This document shows positions 25,977 to 36,084 of a DNA stretch of 64,000 nucleotides, in pieces (positions within the stretch are counted from its first letter, which is position 1; each line of letters begins with the position of its first letter). The stretch lies in NCBI GenBank assembly GCA_949297775.1, contig CASFTM010000005.1, positions 26,605-90,604 of the forward strand. Reading direction: 5' to 3'. Made by a program: the position numbers and the translations under genes. The notes under the pieces were generated by a model. That model had not been told where the DNA came from, did not search any database, and was given only the letters and a program-made list of their open reading frames with translations. Source of the DNA: an uncultured bacterium. GTDB lineage: Bacteria > Elusimicrobiota > Elusimicrobia > Elusimicrobiales > Elusimicrobiaceae.

Positions 25977-26171
25977 AAAATTCCTCCTGTAAAAAAGTTG
26001 CTCTTTCCTCCATTATGCCATAAATCCGATCTAAAAACAAGCAAAAAAATAAAGGCGTTCTTCTCCTTATTTTTTAATGATTTTTACTCTGCTTTTATTT
26101 TACAGTGCAACTTGTTCACTCATAAAAAACCCCGGGTTTAGAACACCCGGGGTTTTAGCAGATTTTTTGTT

Positions 26172-27365
26172 TTATCGCACTTGGACCAACGCAAAATGCA
26201 AATATTCTGTTTCCGGCATTCCGATTAATACGGGGTGGTCTTTTGCCTGCCCGCGGAGTTCCACCAGCACCGCCTTGCGCCCGGATTTACTGACGCCTTG
26301 GCGGATGATGTCCACAAACAATTCGCGTGAAATATGATGGGAACAGGTGGAAAAAGCCAAATACCCGCCGGCCTTTATGCCTTCTAGCGCCATTTTGACC
26401 AGCTTGACATACAGCCCCACCGCCTGCGGAAGCGCTTTGCGGCTTTTGACAAACGCCGGCGGGTCCAACAGCACAATATCCGGCTGGTCCGGCAGTTCGC
26501 CTTTTTTCATTGCGGAAAGTAACCGTTCCGCATCGTCACGGTGAAACACGGTAATATCCGATACGCCGTTTAGTTCGGCATTTTTCTGGGCCCATTCCAC
26601 TGCCGCGGCGGAACTGTCGCACCCCCACACCTGGCTGGCGCCGGCTAACGCCGCCGTAATGCCAAAGGACCCGATATACGAATACAAATCCAACACCAGT
26701 TTTTCTTTGAAATAGGGTTTTAAAAATTCGCGGTTTTCGCGCTGGTCAAAATAAAACCCCGTTTTCTGCCCGCCGCGCAGCGGCACCAAATACTTTACTT
26801 TGTTTTCTTCAATTTCCACCACATCGGGCACATCGCCAATAATTTCCGGCGTATTGGTCAGTCCTTCCAAGGCACGGAAAGAACTGTCGTTTTTGTAGTA
26901 AATGCCTTTGGGTTTAAAAATTTTCTGGCAGGCCTTGGAGATTTCGGGCTTTAATTTTTCCATGCCGGCCGTCAGCACATCAATTACCAACACATCGCCG
27001 TAGCGGTCAATCACCAAACCGGGCATATTGTCGGCTTCGCCGTAGCACATACGCCCGTATTTGCGCACGCCGATTTCTTTACGGTAGGAATAAGCATTGT
27101 CCAAATTTTCAAACACAAAATCTTTCGGCAAATCTTCTTCGCCTTTTTGAATAAGCCGTACGGAAATTAAACTGTGCGGATTAAAATATCCAATCCCTAC
27201 TTGTTTGCCCTCGTGGTTCATCACGCGGACCAGCGTACCGGGATCAATCGAGGTGTCCAGCCCGTCAATTTCGTTGGAAAATACCCACCAGTGTCCGGCC
27301 TGGAGGCGGCGTTCTTCTTTGGCTTTGAGTTTAATTTCTATCATACGGTTTCTATCCTTATTCAT
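26172..27365 (-). CDS. rlmI: 23S rRNA m5C1962 methyltransferase-like (RlmI family)
   Basis: PUA-like N-terminus GHWWVFSNE, QKTGFYFDQRENR, LDPPAF; start uncertain (27365 or 27344). Confidence 0.85.
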   Translation of the reverse strand: MNKDRNRMIEIKLKAKEERRLQAGHWWVFSNEIDGLDTSIDPGTLVRVMNHEGKQVGIGYFNPHSLISVRLIQKGEEDLPKDFVFENLDNAYSYRKEIGVRKYGRMCYGEADNMPGLVIDRYGDVLVIDVLTAGMEKLKPEISKACQKIFKPKGIYYKNDSSFRALEGLTNTPEIIGDVPDVVEIEENKVKYLVPLRGGQKTGFYFDQRENREFLKPYFKEKLVLDLYSYIGSFGITAALAGASQVWGCDSSAAAVEWAQKNAELNGVSDITVFHRDDAERLLSAMKKGELPDQPDIVLLDPPAFVKSRKALPQAVGLYVKLVKMALEGIKAGGYLAFSTCSHHISRELFVDIIRQGVSKSGRKAVLVELRGQAKDHPVLIGMPETEYLHFALVQVR

Positions 27366-27949
27366 TAATTGCCCTTTTCCGTTTCTTCCAGTTTGGAAAA
27401 CGGTATCTTGGCGGCGCAGAGCGGGCACTCTTTCGCCGAGAAAGTTTGCATCGGATAAGATAAAAGCGCCCGCAGCGGCACGGTAAGCGGCAAATACCCC
27501 ATAGAACGGTCCACCACCACGCCTACACCGATGACGTTCCCGCCCGCCTTGTTTACCAAGTCAATCGCGCGGTTAATTTTCCGTCCGGAAACGGCCACAT
27601 CATCTACGATGAGCACCTCTTCCCCTTCTTTAATCATAAAATTATGTTTCAAAATCATTTCACCAGTTTCGCTGCGCGACGCAAAAATGGCGCGCACCCC
27701 GCGCGCGCGGGCAACCTCCTGCGCCAATACCGAGTTGGACGGCGTAAGCGCCATCACGACATCGGCCTTTTTGGTGAATTTATCCGACAGCGCCCCCGCA
27801 ATGCGCTGGGCCAAATGCGGGTGCTGCATTAAAAGCGAGGTTTGGATATATGTTTGGCTATGAAAGCCGGAAGGCATTACAAAATGCCCTTCCAAAATGG
27901 CTCCGTGTTCCTGCAGGAGGCAAAGCACATCTATATTATTTCTTGGCAT
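27365..27949 (-). CDS. pyrE: Orotate phosphoribosyltransferase-like
   Basis: GHFVMPSGFHS, PRPP motif VLIVDDVAVSG. Confidence 0.8.
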   Translation of the reverse strand: MPRNNIDVLCLLQEHGAILEGHFVMPSGFHSQTYIQTSLLMQHPHLAQRIAGALSDKFTKKADVVMALTPSNSVLAQEVARARGVRAIFASRSETGEMILKHNFMIKEGEEVLIVDDVAVSGRKINRAIDLVNKAGGNVIGVGVVVDRSMGYLPLTVPLRALLSYPMQTFSAKECPLCAAKIPFSKLEETEKGN

Positions 27950-30236
27950 GAAAATCTCCTTGGATAAATTCCTGTGCGGCTTTAAAACTGGTTCCCAGTC
28001 CCTGCTCTTGGGCGGTGCGGATAGTTTCGCCGGTTTTTTTGGCGCGCAGCATTTCCAGCTTGGGTTTTAGCATAGAAGACGAAACCCGGAACGCCAACGC
28101 CGGATTGCCCGACTCATCCGTCAAGTTTTCCGCCAATGCGCCGGAGCGGGACGTATTGTTAAACATCGTCCATATAATGATATCAAAATTTTCGTTCACC
28201 CAGTCGGTCCACCCGCTGACCGCGGCTGAAATAGTGGGCCCCACCGTATAGGCGTTGTTGATTTGCATACGGCCTTTGTCAAAATCCACCGATACCGCCA
28301 TATCGTCAAACGGCACGTCTTTAAGCACTTGCCCCACTTTAAAGCTCCCGGCCCGTTCCATACGGTGCATCAAAATAAACGGCTGGAAGGTAATGTTTAG
28401 CGCCTGCTGTTCTTCCGCCAGTTTTTCCATTTGGTGGATAACCCCCCCTTCCAAACGCGCTTCCAGCGGGCCGGAGAGGTTTTTCATCCCGGCGCGCATA
28501 CCGGTAAAATCAAACTCAGCGCTGAAGCGGTTGCCAGACAAAACTTGCGTGGAAAAAGTATCCGCCGTCAAATTACCGGCAAAGTTGGGCATAAAAGCGG
28601 GCAGCCGGTCGCGGAAATTGCGCAGCCAAGCCAACTGCCCTTCCACAGGCTCCTTAAAATTGGGTTTCTTTTTAAGCAGCGGGGTAATTACCGTAACAAA
28701 ATCTTTAACCGTGCCGATAAAGGCCATCGGGTCCAAATCGCGCCAATAAATAGAGGTACGGATTTTGCGGCTGCGGCTTTTTAAATTATTTACCGACAGG
28801 CTTAATTTAAACGGCACCCGGTTGAGCTCAGTAGACGCAATATACGCATACAAATTGCCTTTGCGCCAACTGGCGCTCATATTGAGCTTATCAAAAACAG
28901 AATTATTCACCGTTACCTTTCCCGCCGAAGTATTGGCGTACAAATCGGTAAAGTTCGTCTTGGCCTGGAACTCGCCGCTTACGCCTTCGGCCTTAAACCC
29001 GTAAAAGAATCCGTCTACATTTTTCACCTGGGCGGTTAACAGCGGCAACGTATATTTGCCGTTTTGGCGCGTTACCCGGGCCGACACAGCCCCTGTCCCT
29101 TTCAGCTTATATGGGGCAATTGGGGCATAATAGGCCTCCTTCCCGGCCAACTTAAAGAAATTGGTTTCGCCCTGCAAATCCAGGGCAAACGGAGTTTGGG
29201 AAAAGTCCACACTGCCCGAAGCGGAAAGGGTTACATCCTCGGCGGACGCCGTTACTTTGGACAGTTTTAATAACTGGTAATCATTATCCAACATCCCTTG
29301 GACGGCAATTTCCGATTTCGGAAGCGAAAAGTCCATTCCTTCCGTATGGAAAAGCGATAAATTCTTGTCCGAAAATGCCGGCACGCTGGCCTTGATATTA
29401 AAATACGGCGTGCGCAAATTATCTAAATCAATCAGCAAATCCACCGGTTTTTGGAACAGAAACACCTGCGTACGCAGGCTGCGCAGGGCAAAGTTATTCC
29501 AGTCAAACCCCGCCAGATTCACGTGCCCTGTACCGGTAATTTCCATATCGGAAATATTATCCCCCCACTTGTTGCGCAATACCATTTCCGCCCGGAAACG
29601 GGAAAGCTCGTTAAACCGCAGCTGTTCAAATTGGACATTCAGCCCATACACCGCGTGCGATACACCGGAAGCCAAATCCTTATAGCTCAGCACGCCGTTG
29701 TGCACCGTCCAGTCCTCTACGCTTACCGCGAATTTTTTCCCGGTCAGTTCGCTGGTGTAAAACGATTTTTCTTTTGGGGTGCGCAGACGCGGCATATTGT
29801 AGCTCCCGTCTTTTAGCCGCACCACATTAAACCGCGGGGAATTTAAAGAAACCTCATCAATCACCAACTGCTGTTGTAAAAGCGGCAGCAACTGCAGGCG
29901 CAGGGTAACGGACTCGGTTGACAGCAACGGATACCCCGGCTGCCCTGTAGTATCCAATACCGAAAATCCTTTTAATTCCAATGTATTAATGAATTTTAAA
30001 TCCAAAGAAGTAATAATAACCGGGCGGTCCAGGCGTTTTTGCAGCTCTTCGGTAATCACTTCGCTGATGTGCTGGGCGTTAAATGTTTTTAAAAACAACA
30101 GCCACAGCCCCGCCACCAAAAGCAGCAAAAGCATCACAGCAAACAGCACCGTGCGGAAACTTAACAAAAAGCACGCTTTAAAAAACCGCCATAATCCAGC
30201 CCAAAAGCCGGTTTTCTTTTTATTTTTTTTGCTCAT
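27936..30236 (-). CDS. AsmA-family protein
   Basis: N-terminal TM anchor, IDEVSLNSP...DGSYN, long beta-rich body. Confidence 0.7.
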   Translation of the reverse strand: MSKKNKKKTGFWAGLWRFFKACFLLSFRTVLFAVMLLLLLVAGLWLLFLKTFNAQHISEVITEELQKRLDRPVIITSLDLKFINTLELKGFSVLDTTGQPGYPLLSTESVTLRLQLLPLLQQQLVIDEVSLNSPRFNVVRLKDGSYNMPRLRTPKEKSFYTSELTGKKFAVSVEDWTVHNGVLSYKDLASGVSHAVYGLNVQFEQLRFNELSRFRAEMVLRNKWGDNISDMEITGTGHVNLAGFDWNNFALRSLRTQVFLFQKPVDLLIDLDNLRTPYFNIKASVPAFSDKNLSLFHTEGMDFSLPKSEIAVQGMLDNDYQLLKLSKVTASAEDVTLSASGSVDFSQTPFALDLQGETNFFKLAGKEAYYAPIAPYKLKGTGAVSARVTRQNGKYTLPLLTAQVKNVDGFFYGFKAEGVSGEFQAKTNFTDLYANTSAGKVTVNNSVFDKLNMSASWRKGNLYAYIASTELNRVPFKLSLSVNNLKSRSRKIRTSIYWRDLDPMAFIGTVKDFVTVITPLLKKKPNFKEPVEGQLAWLRNFRDRLPAFMPNFAGNLTADTFSTQVLSGNRFSAEFDFTGMRAGMKNLSGPLEARLEGGVIHQMEKLAEEQQALNITFQPFILMHRMERAGSFKVGQVLKDVPFDDMAVSVDFDKGRMQINNAYTVGPTISAAVSGWTDWVNENFDIIIWTMFNNTSRSGALAENLTDESGNPALAFRVSSSMLKPKLEMLRAKKTGETIRTAQEQGLGTSFKAAQEFIQGDFHAKK

Positions 30237-30239
30237 AGC

Positions 30240-30926
30240 TTATGCTGCATTGACTGCTTTTTCTACTATATAGTTTACTATAATTCGCCAAATGTTGACG
30301 GTCCCCGCCAACACATTTTTCCCGGCCGCCCCCAGGCTGACCGCTTCCGGGAACAGGGCTTTTAGCACCACCGCCAGAATAATCAAATTAGCCAGCACAA
30401 TCATCACTACGGAAAAAACTTTCCCGCCGGCTAATTTTAAGTCAGGCTGTTCGGCTTCAAATAATGTTTTAAACGTCTGTACCAGGTGAAAGGCTATACA
30501 AAAACCCACCACAAACAAAAACGCCTGCCGGTAGGGCGTTATGTCCACAAACAAATTAACCAACAAATATACAAACGCCGCCAGCACCGCATAGGCCGGC
30601 ACAAAATACGGCGCCAGCACCACAAAGGCGTTGCAACGGTCCATTTTTACGTAGCCGCTGTCCCGCCCGACGGAAATATCTTTAATCCGGCACCCGCACA
30701 ACAACGCCGCCAGGGCGTGTGTCATTTCGTGTGCAAACACATATGGGCGCGAAAAATCATAATACCCGTAATGAATGCCGGAATACACCACCGCCCCGGC
30801 AACAAAACTGACGGCAGTTTGCAAATGCCCCAGTACAGCCAGCAAAATCCGCGCCGTTTCGGCAAAGGTCAAAACGGCCGTCGGCAATAACAGCAACGCT
30901 ACCAGCAATTTCACAAGGCGCACCAT
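30240..30926 (-). CDS. Membrane metallopeptidase, M50-like
   Basis: HEMTH motif, LAPYF, hydrophobic helices. Confidence 0.7.
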   Translation of the reverse strand: MVRLVKLLVALLLLPTAVLTFAETARILLAVLGHLQTAVSFVAGAVVYSGIHYGYYDFSRPYVFAHEMTHALAALLCGCRIKDISVGRDSGYVKMDRCNAFVVLAPYFVPAYAVLAAFVYLLVNLFVDITPYRQAFLFVVGFCIAFHLVQTFKTLFEAEQPDLKLAGGKVFSVVMIVLANLIILAVVLKALFPEAVSLGAAGKNVLAGTVNIWRIIVNYIVEKAVNAA

Positions 30927-31624
30927 TAAAATTTCTCCGTCCAGGCCGGCTGGGCATATTGTGTTTGGGCCAGCTTCCGGACCGCTTGCAGCAGGGATTG
31001 TTCGGCGCGGGCCGGTGTTAAGTCCGCCGCCAAAAATTCCCGCACCGCGTTAATAACAGCTGTTTTGTAAGCGGGGTTTTCGCGCGCACCGGGCAGCTGC
31101 AAAGAGCCTTGATAGAGCACCGTTTCGCCAAAGCGGCGAATGGCGCCGCCCAACACTTTGGCTCCGTCTGCGGAGAGCAAATCATTCTCCACCGGGTTAC
31201 TAAAGCACGCGCTGGCGGCGTGGTTTACGCTGGGTGCATACGCCGCGGCAGGCAGTTTTTGCCCGAATACGCAGTTTTGTGCCCCCAAGCGGGCCAGCTG
31301 TTCATGGATTTGCGCATGCAACCGGCGGTAAATTTCCGCCGGACGCCCGGGCGAGACAAACACCAACGAAAATGTTAAATCGTCCCGATGGAACACCACT
31401 CCCCCGCCGGTCGGTCGGCGCGCCAGCGGCCCGGCGCCGGGCACAGCCTGCACGGCGCGGCGGACCTCGCTTACAAACTGGGCATAGCCAAATGTAACGG
31501 CAGGTCCGTCCGTCCAGCGGTAAAAGCGCAGCGTGGTCTCACGCGGGCGCGCGCGTACAAGGCACTCGTCCAGAGCCATTTGTTCAAACACGTTTAAAGC
31601 CGGAACCGTCAGCAATATATCCAT
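30926..31624 (-). CDS. Lipoate-protein ligase / octanoyltransferase (LplA/LipM-like)
   Basis: MALDE, RRPTGGGVVFH, KVLGGA, YQGSL; downstream of gcv genes; start uncertain. Confidence 0.85.
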   Translation of the reverse strand: MDILLTVPALNVFEQMALDECLVRARPRETTLRFYRWTDGPAVTFGYAQFVSEVRRAVQAVPGAGPLARRPTGGGVVFHRDDLTFSLVFVSPGRPAEIYRRLHAQIHEQLARLGAQNCVFGQKLPAAAYAPSVNHAASACFSNPVENDLLSADGAKVLGGAIRRFGETVLYQGSLQLPGARENPAYKTAVINAVREFLAADLTPARAEQSLLQAVRKLAQTQYAQPAWTEKF

Positions 31625-31713
31625 AGGCAGACCCGCCGCCCGGGCACTCCAAGCGGCGCAAACATATTTCCGTGCGCCCGGCCCCGCCCAAACGGCGGGG
31701 CCGTACACACAGG

Positions 31714-33162
31714 TTACCAGCGCAAATTGGGTTCACGCGCGGCGGAAACCTCATCAATGCGGCACACGCACTGGCTGTGCGGTGCGTCCTTGACGGTTTG
31801 CGGTTCGGTTTGGATTTCCGCGTAGATTTGTTCCATCGCTTCCACAAACGCATCCATCATCTGCTTGCTTTCGGTTTCCGTCGGTTCCACCATCATTGCT
31901 TCCGGCACAATGAGCGGGAAGTAAATGGTGGGAGCATAAAAGCCGTAGTCCAAAAGGCGTTTGGCAATGTCGGACGTATGCACGCCGTTTGTTTCGGCCG
32001 GGTTGACGCTTAACACGCATTCGTGCATACAAACGCAGTCAAAAAACGCATTGAACTTGCCTTTGAGCGCGGCGCGGACGTAGTTGGCATTTAGAATGGC
32101 GTTTTCGGCAATTTGGCGGAAAGTGCTTCCGTCAAACTGGCGCAGGTAGCAGTACCCGCGCAAACACACCGCCGCGTTGCCAAAGAACGCTTTCATTTTG
32201 CCCAAGCTTTTGGGCATTTTGCCGCTTAAGGTATATTTGCCGTTTTTCAGTTCCACCATCGGTTTGGGCAGAAAAGGCGCCACGTGCGCCGCTGCGCCAA
32301 CCGGGCCTGCGCCGGGGCCGCCGCCGCCGTGCGGCGCGGCAAAACTTTTGTGCACGTTTAAGTGCATTAAGTCCGCCCCCATATCGGCGGGTTTAACCAG
32401 GCCCGCCAGGGCGTTAAAGTTGGCTCCGTCCAAATAAAAGAGCGCGCCGGCTTTGTGCACCATATCGGCAATTTCGCGGATGTCCGTTTCAAAAAGCCCC
32501 ACCGTGTTGGGCACGGTAAGCATGACCACCGCCGTTTTGGCCGACAGTGCCTGCCGTAAAGCTTCTTTATCCACGCGTCCGTCGGGCGCGGATTTGATGT
32601 TCACCACCGTGTATCCAGCCATATGCGCCGTGGCGGGGTTAGTGCCGTGGGCGGTGTCGGGCACGATGACTTCGGTACGGTTGAAATCTTTGCGCGCATC
32701 GTGATAGGCGCGGGCCGTTAAAATACCCGTCAACTCGCCGTGCGCGCCCGCCGCGGGCTGAAGCGTAAACGCCGCCAACCCCGTTACCTTTTTAAGCAGT
32801 TCCTGGAAGTTGTACAGCATTTCCAATGTGCCCTGCACCGAAGATTCCGGCGCCAGCGGATGCACGTTAGAAAACCCGGGCAAAGCGCTCAGCACATCGT
32901 AGGCTTTGGGGTTGTATTTCATCGTGCACGAGCCCAACGGATAAAACTCCCCGTCCAGGCAGTAGTTCAGCTCCGACAAACGCGTAAAATGGCGCACCGT
33001 TTCAAATTCCGAAAGTTCCGGCAGTTTCGGCGCGGTTTTGCGCAGATACGCTTCCGGCAGATAGGCCGGGGCGTGCTTTTGCACCGGTTCAAACCGTACG
33101 CCGCGGCGGCCGGGGCGTGATTTTTCCAACGATAACGCATTATGCGGCAAAACCGTTTTCAT
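31714..33162 (-). CDS. gcvPB: Glycine dehydrogenase subunit 2
   Basis: YPLGSCTMKYNP, QPAAGAHGE, HLNVHKSFAAPHGGGGPG; ATGA overlap with gcvPA. Confidence 0.95.
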   Translation of the reverse strand: MKTVLPHNALSLEKSRPGRRGVRFEPVQKHAPAYLPEAYLRKTAPKLPELSEFETVRHFTRLSELNYCLDGEFYPLGSCTMKYNPKAYDVLSALPGFSNVHPLAPESSVQGTLEMLYNFQELLKKVTGLAAFTLQPAAGAHGELTGILTARAYHDARKDFNRTEVIVPDTAHGTNPATAHMAGYTVVNIKSAPDGRVDKEALRQALSAKTAVVMLTVPNTVGLFETDIREIADMVHKAGALFYLDGANFNALAGLVKPADMGADLMHLNVHKSFAAPHGGGGPGAGPVGAAAHVAPFLPKPMVELKNGKYTLSGKMPKSLGKMKAFFGNAAVCLRGYCYLRQFDGSTFRQIAENAILNANYVRAALKGKFNAFFDCVCMHECVLSVNPAETNGVHTSDIAKRLLDYGFYAPTIYFPLIVPEAMMVEPTETESKQMMDAFVEAMEQIYAEIQTEPQTVKDAPHSQCVCRIDEVSAAREPNLRW

Positions 33163-34490
33163 TTTACACCTCCCAGCGCATCGGCATAGGCCTGCAAATC
33201 GTCCGCGGTTTTGGTTTCCGTGGCGCACACCAGCAGGCAGTTTTCCATTCCCTTAAAATCTTTCCCCAGCGCATAGCCCGCGCTGATGCCTTTCTTTTCC
33301 AGCTTTTGGATAATTTTCTTGGCGGGAAGCGGGCACTCCAACACAAATTCGTTAAAAAACGGCGCCGCAAATTTTACGCGGAACCCGGGCAAATGGCCCA
33401 ACTTTTCCGCCAGCTGATGGGCGCGTTCCAAATTCAGTTCGGCTACTTCCGCCAGCCCCGCGGGGCCCAAGAGCGTCAAGTAAATCACCGCGTTGAGCGC
33501 GCAGAGCGCTTCGTTGGAACAAATGTTGGAAGAAGCTTTTTCGCGGCGGATGTGCTGTTCGCGCGCCTGCAGGGTAAGCACGAAGGAGCGTTTGCCGTTT
33601 TTGTCTTTGGCAATGCCCACAATGCGCCCGGGCAGCTGGCGCATATAGGCTTTTTTAGCCGTCATAATGCCCAACCCGGGGCCGCCAAAGTTCATGGCAT
33701 TGCCCAAGGGCTGTCCTTCGGCTACGGCAAAATCGGCGTTGTACGAACCCGGCGTTTGCATCACGCCCAGGGCAATCGGGCTGAAAACAGCCGTCAGTAA
33801 AGCCCCCGCCTGGTGCACGCGCGAAGAAACTTCTTCCGCTTGCTCCACACAGCCAAAAAAGTTTGGCGTAGCCAGTACAAAACACGCGGTCTTATCGGAC
33901 AAGCGCTGTGAAAGCGCTTCCAAATCCAGCGTGCCGTCCGCGCCCAAGGGGGCTTCGCTAATACTCACGCCCGGCTGGTGGCGGACATACGTTTTAAGCA
34001 CTTCTTTGTAATGCGGGTGCAGGGCGGCGGAAATTAAAATTTCCGTCCGGCCCGTAAGGCGCAGGCACGCCAAAACGGCTTCGGCCAGGGCGGTGGCTCC
34101 GTCGTAGTGGGAAGCGGTAGCCACGTCCATATCCGTCAGCGCGCACATACAGCTTTGAAATTCGTAAATCGTCTGCAGTGTGCCCTGGCTGGCTTCGGCC
34201 TGGTAGGGTGTGTAGGCGGTTAAAAATTCCCCGCGGGAAGATAACGCGTTTACCGCGGCGGGAATGAAATGTTCGTAAATGCCCGCGCCGATAAAATTTT
34301 TAAGCGGTTTGTTGCGCGCGGACAAAGCCTTTACGTGTTCGGTCAGTTCCTGCTCGGTAAGGGCGCGGGGAAGGTCCAGCGCCGGGTACAGCAAGTCTTG
34401 CGGGATTTGCGAAAGCAGTTCTTTTACCGACGAAACGCCGATTTTTTGCAGCATTTCTTGCCGGTCTTGCTCGGTGTGGGGAATAAACAT
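33159..34490 (-). CDS. gcvPA: Glycine dehydrogenase subunit 1
   Basis: TAYTPYQAEASQG, QAREQHIRREKASSNICSN. Confidence 0.95.
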   Translation of the reverse strand: MFIPHTEQDRQEMLQKIGVSSVKELLSQIPQDLLYPALDLPRALTEQELTEHVKALSARNKPLKNFIGAGIYEHFIPAAVNALSSRGEFLTAYTPYQAEASQGTLQTIYEFQSCMCALTDMDVATASHYDGATALAEAVLACLRLTGRTEILISAALHPHYKEVLKTYVRHQPGVSISEAPLGADGTLDLEALSQRLSDKTACFVLATPNFFGCVEQAEEVSSRVHQAGALLTAVFSPIALGVMQTPGSYNADFAVAEGQPLGNAMNFGGPGLGIMTAKKAYMRQLPGRIVGIAKDKNGKRSFVLTLQAREQHIRREKASSNICSNEALCALNAVIYLTLLGPAGLAEVAELNLERAHQLAEKLGHLPGFRVKFAAPFFNEFVLECPLPAKKIIQKLEKKGISAGYALGKDFKGMENCLLVCATETKTADDLQAYADALGGVK

Positions 34491-34543
34491 AATAAAATCC
34501 TTGTAAAATCCCCCGCCGAAGCGGGGGATAACTAAAAGTCCGC

Positions 34544-34924
34544 TTATTTGTTCAGCGTCGCTTTGTAAGCGTTCAGGTCCAGCAGGTTTTCGTATTCCGC
34601 CGGGGCCGACATTTTGATTTTAAACAGCCAGCCGTTGCCGTGCGGTTCGCGGTTGACGAGGGCCGGGTCGTTGGCGAGGGCGGAGTTTACTTCCACCACT
34701 TCGCCGCTGACGGGGGCGTAAATTTCGGAGGCGGATTTGACCGACTCAATCACGCAGCAATTTTGGCCCGCGGTTACCTGTTGGCCCACTTTGGGCAGGT
34801 CCACAAACACAATATCGCTGATTTCTTCCTGCGCGTGGTTGCTGATGCCCACGGTGGCGATGTCGCCTTCCATATGGGCCCATTCGTGCGTTTTGGCAAA
34901 ACGGCAATTTTCTTCGTTGTGCAT
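34544..34924 (-). CDS. gcvH: Glycine cleavage H protein
   Basis: HEWA, IESVKSASEIYAPVSG lipoyl-Lys motif. Confidence 0.96.
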   Translation of the reverse strand: MHNEENCRFAKTHEWAHMEGDIATVGISNHAQEEISDIVFVDLPKVGQQVTAGQNCCVIESVKSASEIYAPVSGEVVEVNSALANDPALVNREPHGNGWLFKIKMSAPAEYENLLDLNAYKATLNK

Positions 34925-34939
34925 ATGCTCTCCTTTTGG

Positions 34940-36022
34940 TTAAACTCGGTTTTTATAAAACGGCGGTTTGACGACTTCGGCCTTGGCCCGCTTGCCGTGG
35001 ATTTCAATTTCCACTTCCGTACCGGGCACGGCTTCTTCAGCCGCCAGATACCCGACGGCAATCCCTTTAAATAAAGGGGAATACGTGCCGCTGGTCAGCA
35101 CGCCTTTTTCCGCACCGCCAGCAAACACTTTGCAGCCGGCGCGCGGCACGCCGGGGCTTTTAAGCACAAAGCCAATGAGTTTTTCCTTTACCCCCTGTGC
35201 TTTTTGCGCCGCCAGCGCGTCTTTGCCTACAAATTTTTCTTTGGCCAGTTTCACTACCCACCCGCAGCCGGCTTCGTACGGCGTGCGTGTTTGGTCCGCG
35301 TCCGCCCCGTTAAGCAGGTACCCGGCTTCCAGGCGCAGCACGTCGCGCGCGCCCAAGCCGCACGGCGTAACGCCTTGCTTTAAAAGCGCGTCCCACAGTT
35401 GGGCAATTTTATCCGAAGGCAGCATAATTTCCACACCGTCCTCGCCGGTGTACCCGGTGCGGGTCAAATAGCCTTTGGCGCCAAACAGTTCAATTTCCGC
35501 AATGTGGAAGCGCGCCGTCTGGGAAACCTGCGGCAACAATTTGGAAACCTGTTCCAATGCCTGCGGGCCCTGGACGGCAATCATCCCCCAGCGGGCGCTT
35601 TCGTTGCGCACGGTAACGTCAAAATTTTTGGCCTGTTTTTCAAACCAGGCGAAATCTTCCGCGGTGCAGGCGGCATTGACGACCACCAAAAATTTTTCCG
35701 GCGTTAAGCAGAACGAAATAGCGTCGTCAATAATCGTTCCCTTGTCAGTTAAGATATGGGAATAAACGCCCGCGCCGGGTTCATTTTTGATGTTATTGCA
35801 ATTAATATACTGCAAAAACGGCCACGCGTCTTTGCCTTCCACAAAGATTTGCCCCATATGGGACACATCAAACATTCCGGCGCTTTCGCGCACGGCTTTG
35901 TGTTCGGCGATGATGCCGGCAAACTGCACGGGCAAAAGCCAGCCGTGAAAGTCCACCATTTTTCCGCCGGCCGCTTCACACGCGGCGCAGAGCGGGGTTT
36001 TTTGCAAATCGGTATGGGTCAC
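34940..36022 (-). CDS. gcvT: Glycine cleavage T protein (aminomethyltransferase)
   Basis: FDVSHMG, TRTGYTGEDG, GLGARDVLRLEAG; GTG start after GGAGG. Confidence 0.95.
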   Translation of the reverse strand: MTHTDLQKTPLCAACEAAGGKMVDFHGWLLPVQFAGIIAEHKAVRESAGMFDVSHMGQIFVEGKDAWPFLQYINCNNIKNEPGAGVYSHILTDKGTIIDDAISFCLTPEKFLVVVNAACTAEDFAWFEKQAKNFDVTVRNESARWGMIAVQGPQALEQVSKLLPQVSQTARFHIAEIELFGAKGYLTRTGYTGEDGVEIMLPSDKIAQLWDALLKQGVTPCGLGARDVLRLEAGYLLNGADADQTRTPYEAGCGWVVKLAKEKFVGKDALAAQKAQGVKEKLIGFVLKSPGVPRAGCKVFAGGAEKGVLTSGTYSPLFKGIAVGYLAAEEAVPGTEVEIEIHGKRAKAEVVKPPFYKNRV

Positions 36023-36084
36023 AAACGCCTCCAAAAGTATACGACCATTGTATAAAATTTGACTGTTTTTTATACAATGTATAT

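Noticed and set aside
36023-36084. Glycine riboswitch upstream of gcvT
   Set aside because: The intergenic space is too short and lacks aptamer motifs.
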